From: Leucoraja erinacea
Taxonomy: Eukaryota
Assembly: GCF_028641065.1 (NCBI RefSeq)
Contig: NC_073400.1
Span: 19,282,001-19,346,000, forward strand
Reading direction: 5' to 3'
Length of the DNA: 64,000 nt
Shown here piece after piece: positions 62,710 through 64,000 of this stretch. The translations under genes were made by a program, and so were the position numbers. How positions within the stretch are numbered: position 1 is the stretch's first letter; every line of letters begins with the position of its first letter. The notes beneath the pieces were generated by a model, which saw only the letters and a list, made by a program, of their open reading frames with translations, did no database searches and was not told the DNA's origin.

Positions 62710-62913
62710 CTTGCCCACCAGCTGCACGATCTCGGCCAGGTCCTCCTCCTCCTGCAGGATCTCCTTGGTGCGGGTGCGGAGCGCGACAAAGTCGGGGAAG
62801 TGCCTGTCGTAGTAATCGTCGAGCAGGCGCGCGTACTTGCTGTAGCTCACCAGCCAGTTGACTGAGGGGAAGTGTTTGCGCTGGGCCAGCTTCTTGTCCA
62901 GTCCCCAGAACAC
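62710..62913 (-). CDS. ATP6V1A: V-ATPase catalytic subunit A-like, internal exon; gene continues right of the window
   Basis: 204 nt; [20 protein letters not shown]...[19 protein letters not shown]; probably a paralog rather than the ortholog. Confidence 0.95.
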
Positions 62914-64000
62914 CTGGAGCAGGACGGGGCGGCGAGAGGTGAGCCAGGGAAATAGAGACGCTCCCTCGCCGCCCCTCCCACAACGCGGCGCTCCCTCACC
63001 GCCCCTCCCATAGCGCGGCGCTCCCTCACCGCCCCTCCCACAATGGGGGGGATCTGCCCCAGGCTGTCAGCGGTGGAGTTATTTTCCATGGGCGGCTACG
63101 GAGCAACCGGTTGAAGCTTCATGTTTCACAATCCGTCCCAGTTTCGGCGCCTGGGGGCTGTGTGAATCTGATCTCGGCGAGAGCAGACAGTGCAGACAGG
63201 GTATTATGACGGGAGAGCGATAGGGAGTGTAACTGCAGCTCAGATTGCCAGCCGCTGGGGACAGGCCCGTCAGTGGTGGAGCAGCCGGAGGTGGCGGTGA
63301 ATAAGACCAGGATTACCCACACAAGGGGGCTTTGAGAGACTGAGGTGGGCTGGGAATGGGATTACTGGGAAAGGGCGGCGTGTCGGGGCAGGAGGTGGTC
63401 ACAAAGATCGTGGGGGTGGGGGGGGGGGGGGGAGTGGAAGGATCAGGAGGGACTTACAGCGAAAGGGAGGGAATGAGTGAGAGGGTTACTGAGAAAGGGG
63501 GAGATGTGGGGACAGGAGGAGGTTACAAAGAAGGGGAGACATAGGCGGAGTTGGAGGGTTCAAGCTGCTGTTTGGTCAATGATTTGGTGACCCCTGAGAT
63601 TGGTGTTGGGTCCATAGTCCATCACTCAACCACCCTCAACCCTCCCTCCCTCCACCACCCCCAACCCGCACTCCCTCCACATACCCTTTCTCCACTACCC
63701 TACGCCCTCCCCCCTGCACGCTCCCTGCCTCCACCACTGCTGCAGTGTGCATGCACCATCACCATGTATGTACACATGCCCTATGGTTGCCCACCCAGGC
63801 TACTGCGACAGACCCTGATCACACCCCCCCTCTAACCCCCACACCCACCACCTGTAAATTCCCCCACCGTCCCGACCGGGCACCATCAACGGCACCCGCC
63901 TGCAGGATGGGAGCTCCGTCACCGGTTGCGTGGGTCAGCTACGCCCTATCCCACCGGGCAATGAGGAGCGGGGCGCGATCAATGCCACTGCGCCAGGCCA

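Overview
Vertebrate genomic DNA, most likely a cartilaginous fish (skate/ray-like, inferred from the CR1, V-SINE-like and Penelope-like repeats), GC-rich and repeat-dense. Five spliced protein-coding genes can be rebuilt from splice boundaries: 5' part of USP21 (-), complete B4GALT3 (+, 6 coding exons), complete PPOX (+, 12 coding exons, with two apparent 1-bp insertions and one GG donor that look like assembly errors), a 4-exon B7-family IgV-IgC-TM gene (-), and the last four exons of a divergent V-ATPase catalytic subunit A gene (-). An 8.26-kb class I endogenous retrovirus (1872-10133; 1288-bp near-identical LTRs, CTCC target duplication, tRNA-Leu PBS, decayed gag/RNaseH/IN/env, CR1 fragment inside env) lies antisense in a USP21 intron. 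The most interesting signal is evolutionary: an ATP6V1A-like gene and a B7-like gene sit beside the USP21/B4GALT3/PPOX trio (human 1q23), whereas human ATP6V1A and CD80/CD86/HHLA2 are at 3q13 with B4GALT4. This suggests retained whole-genome-duplication ohnologs lost in mammals, the ATPase with changes at adenine-pocket aromatics. Comparisons to human and yeast proteins are from memory, not computed alignments.
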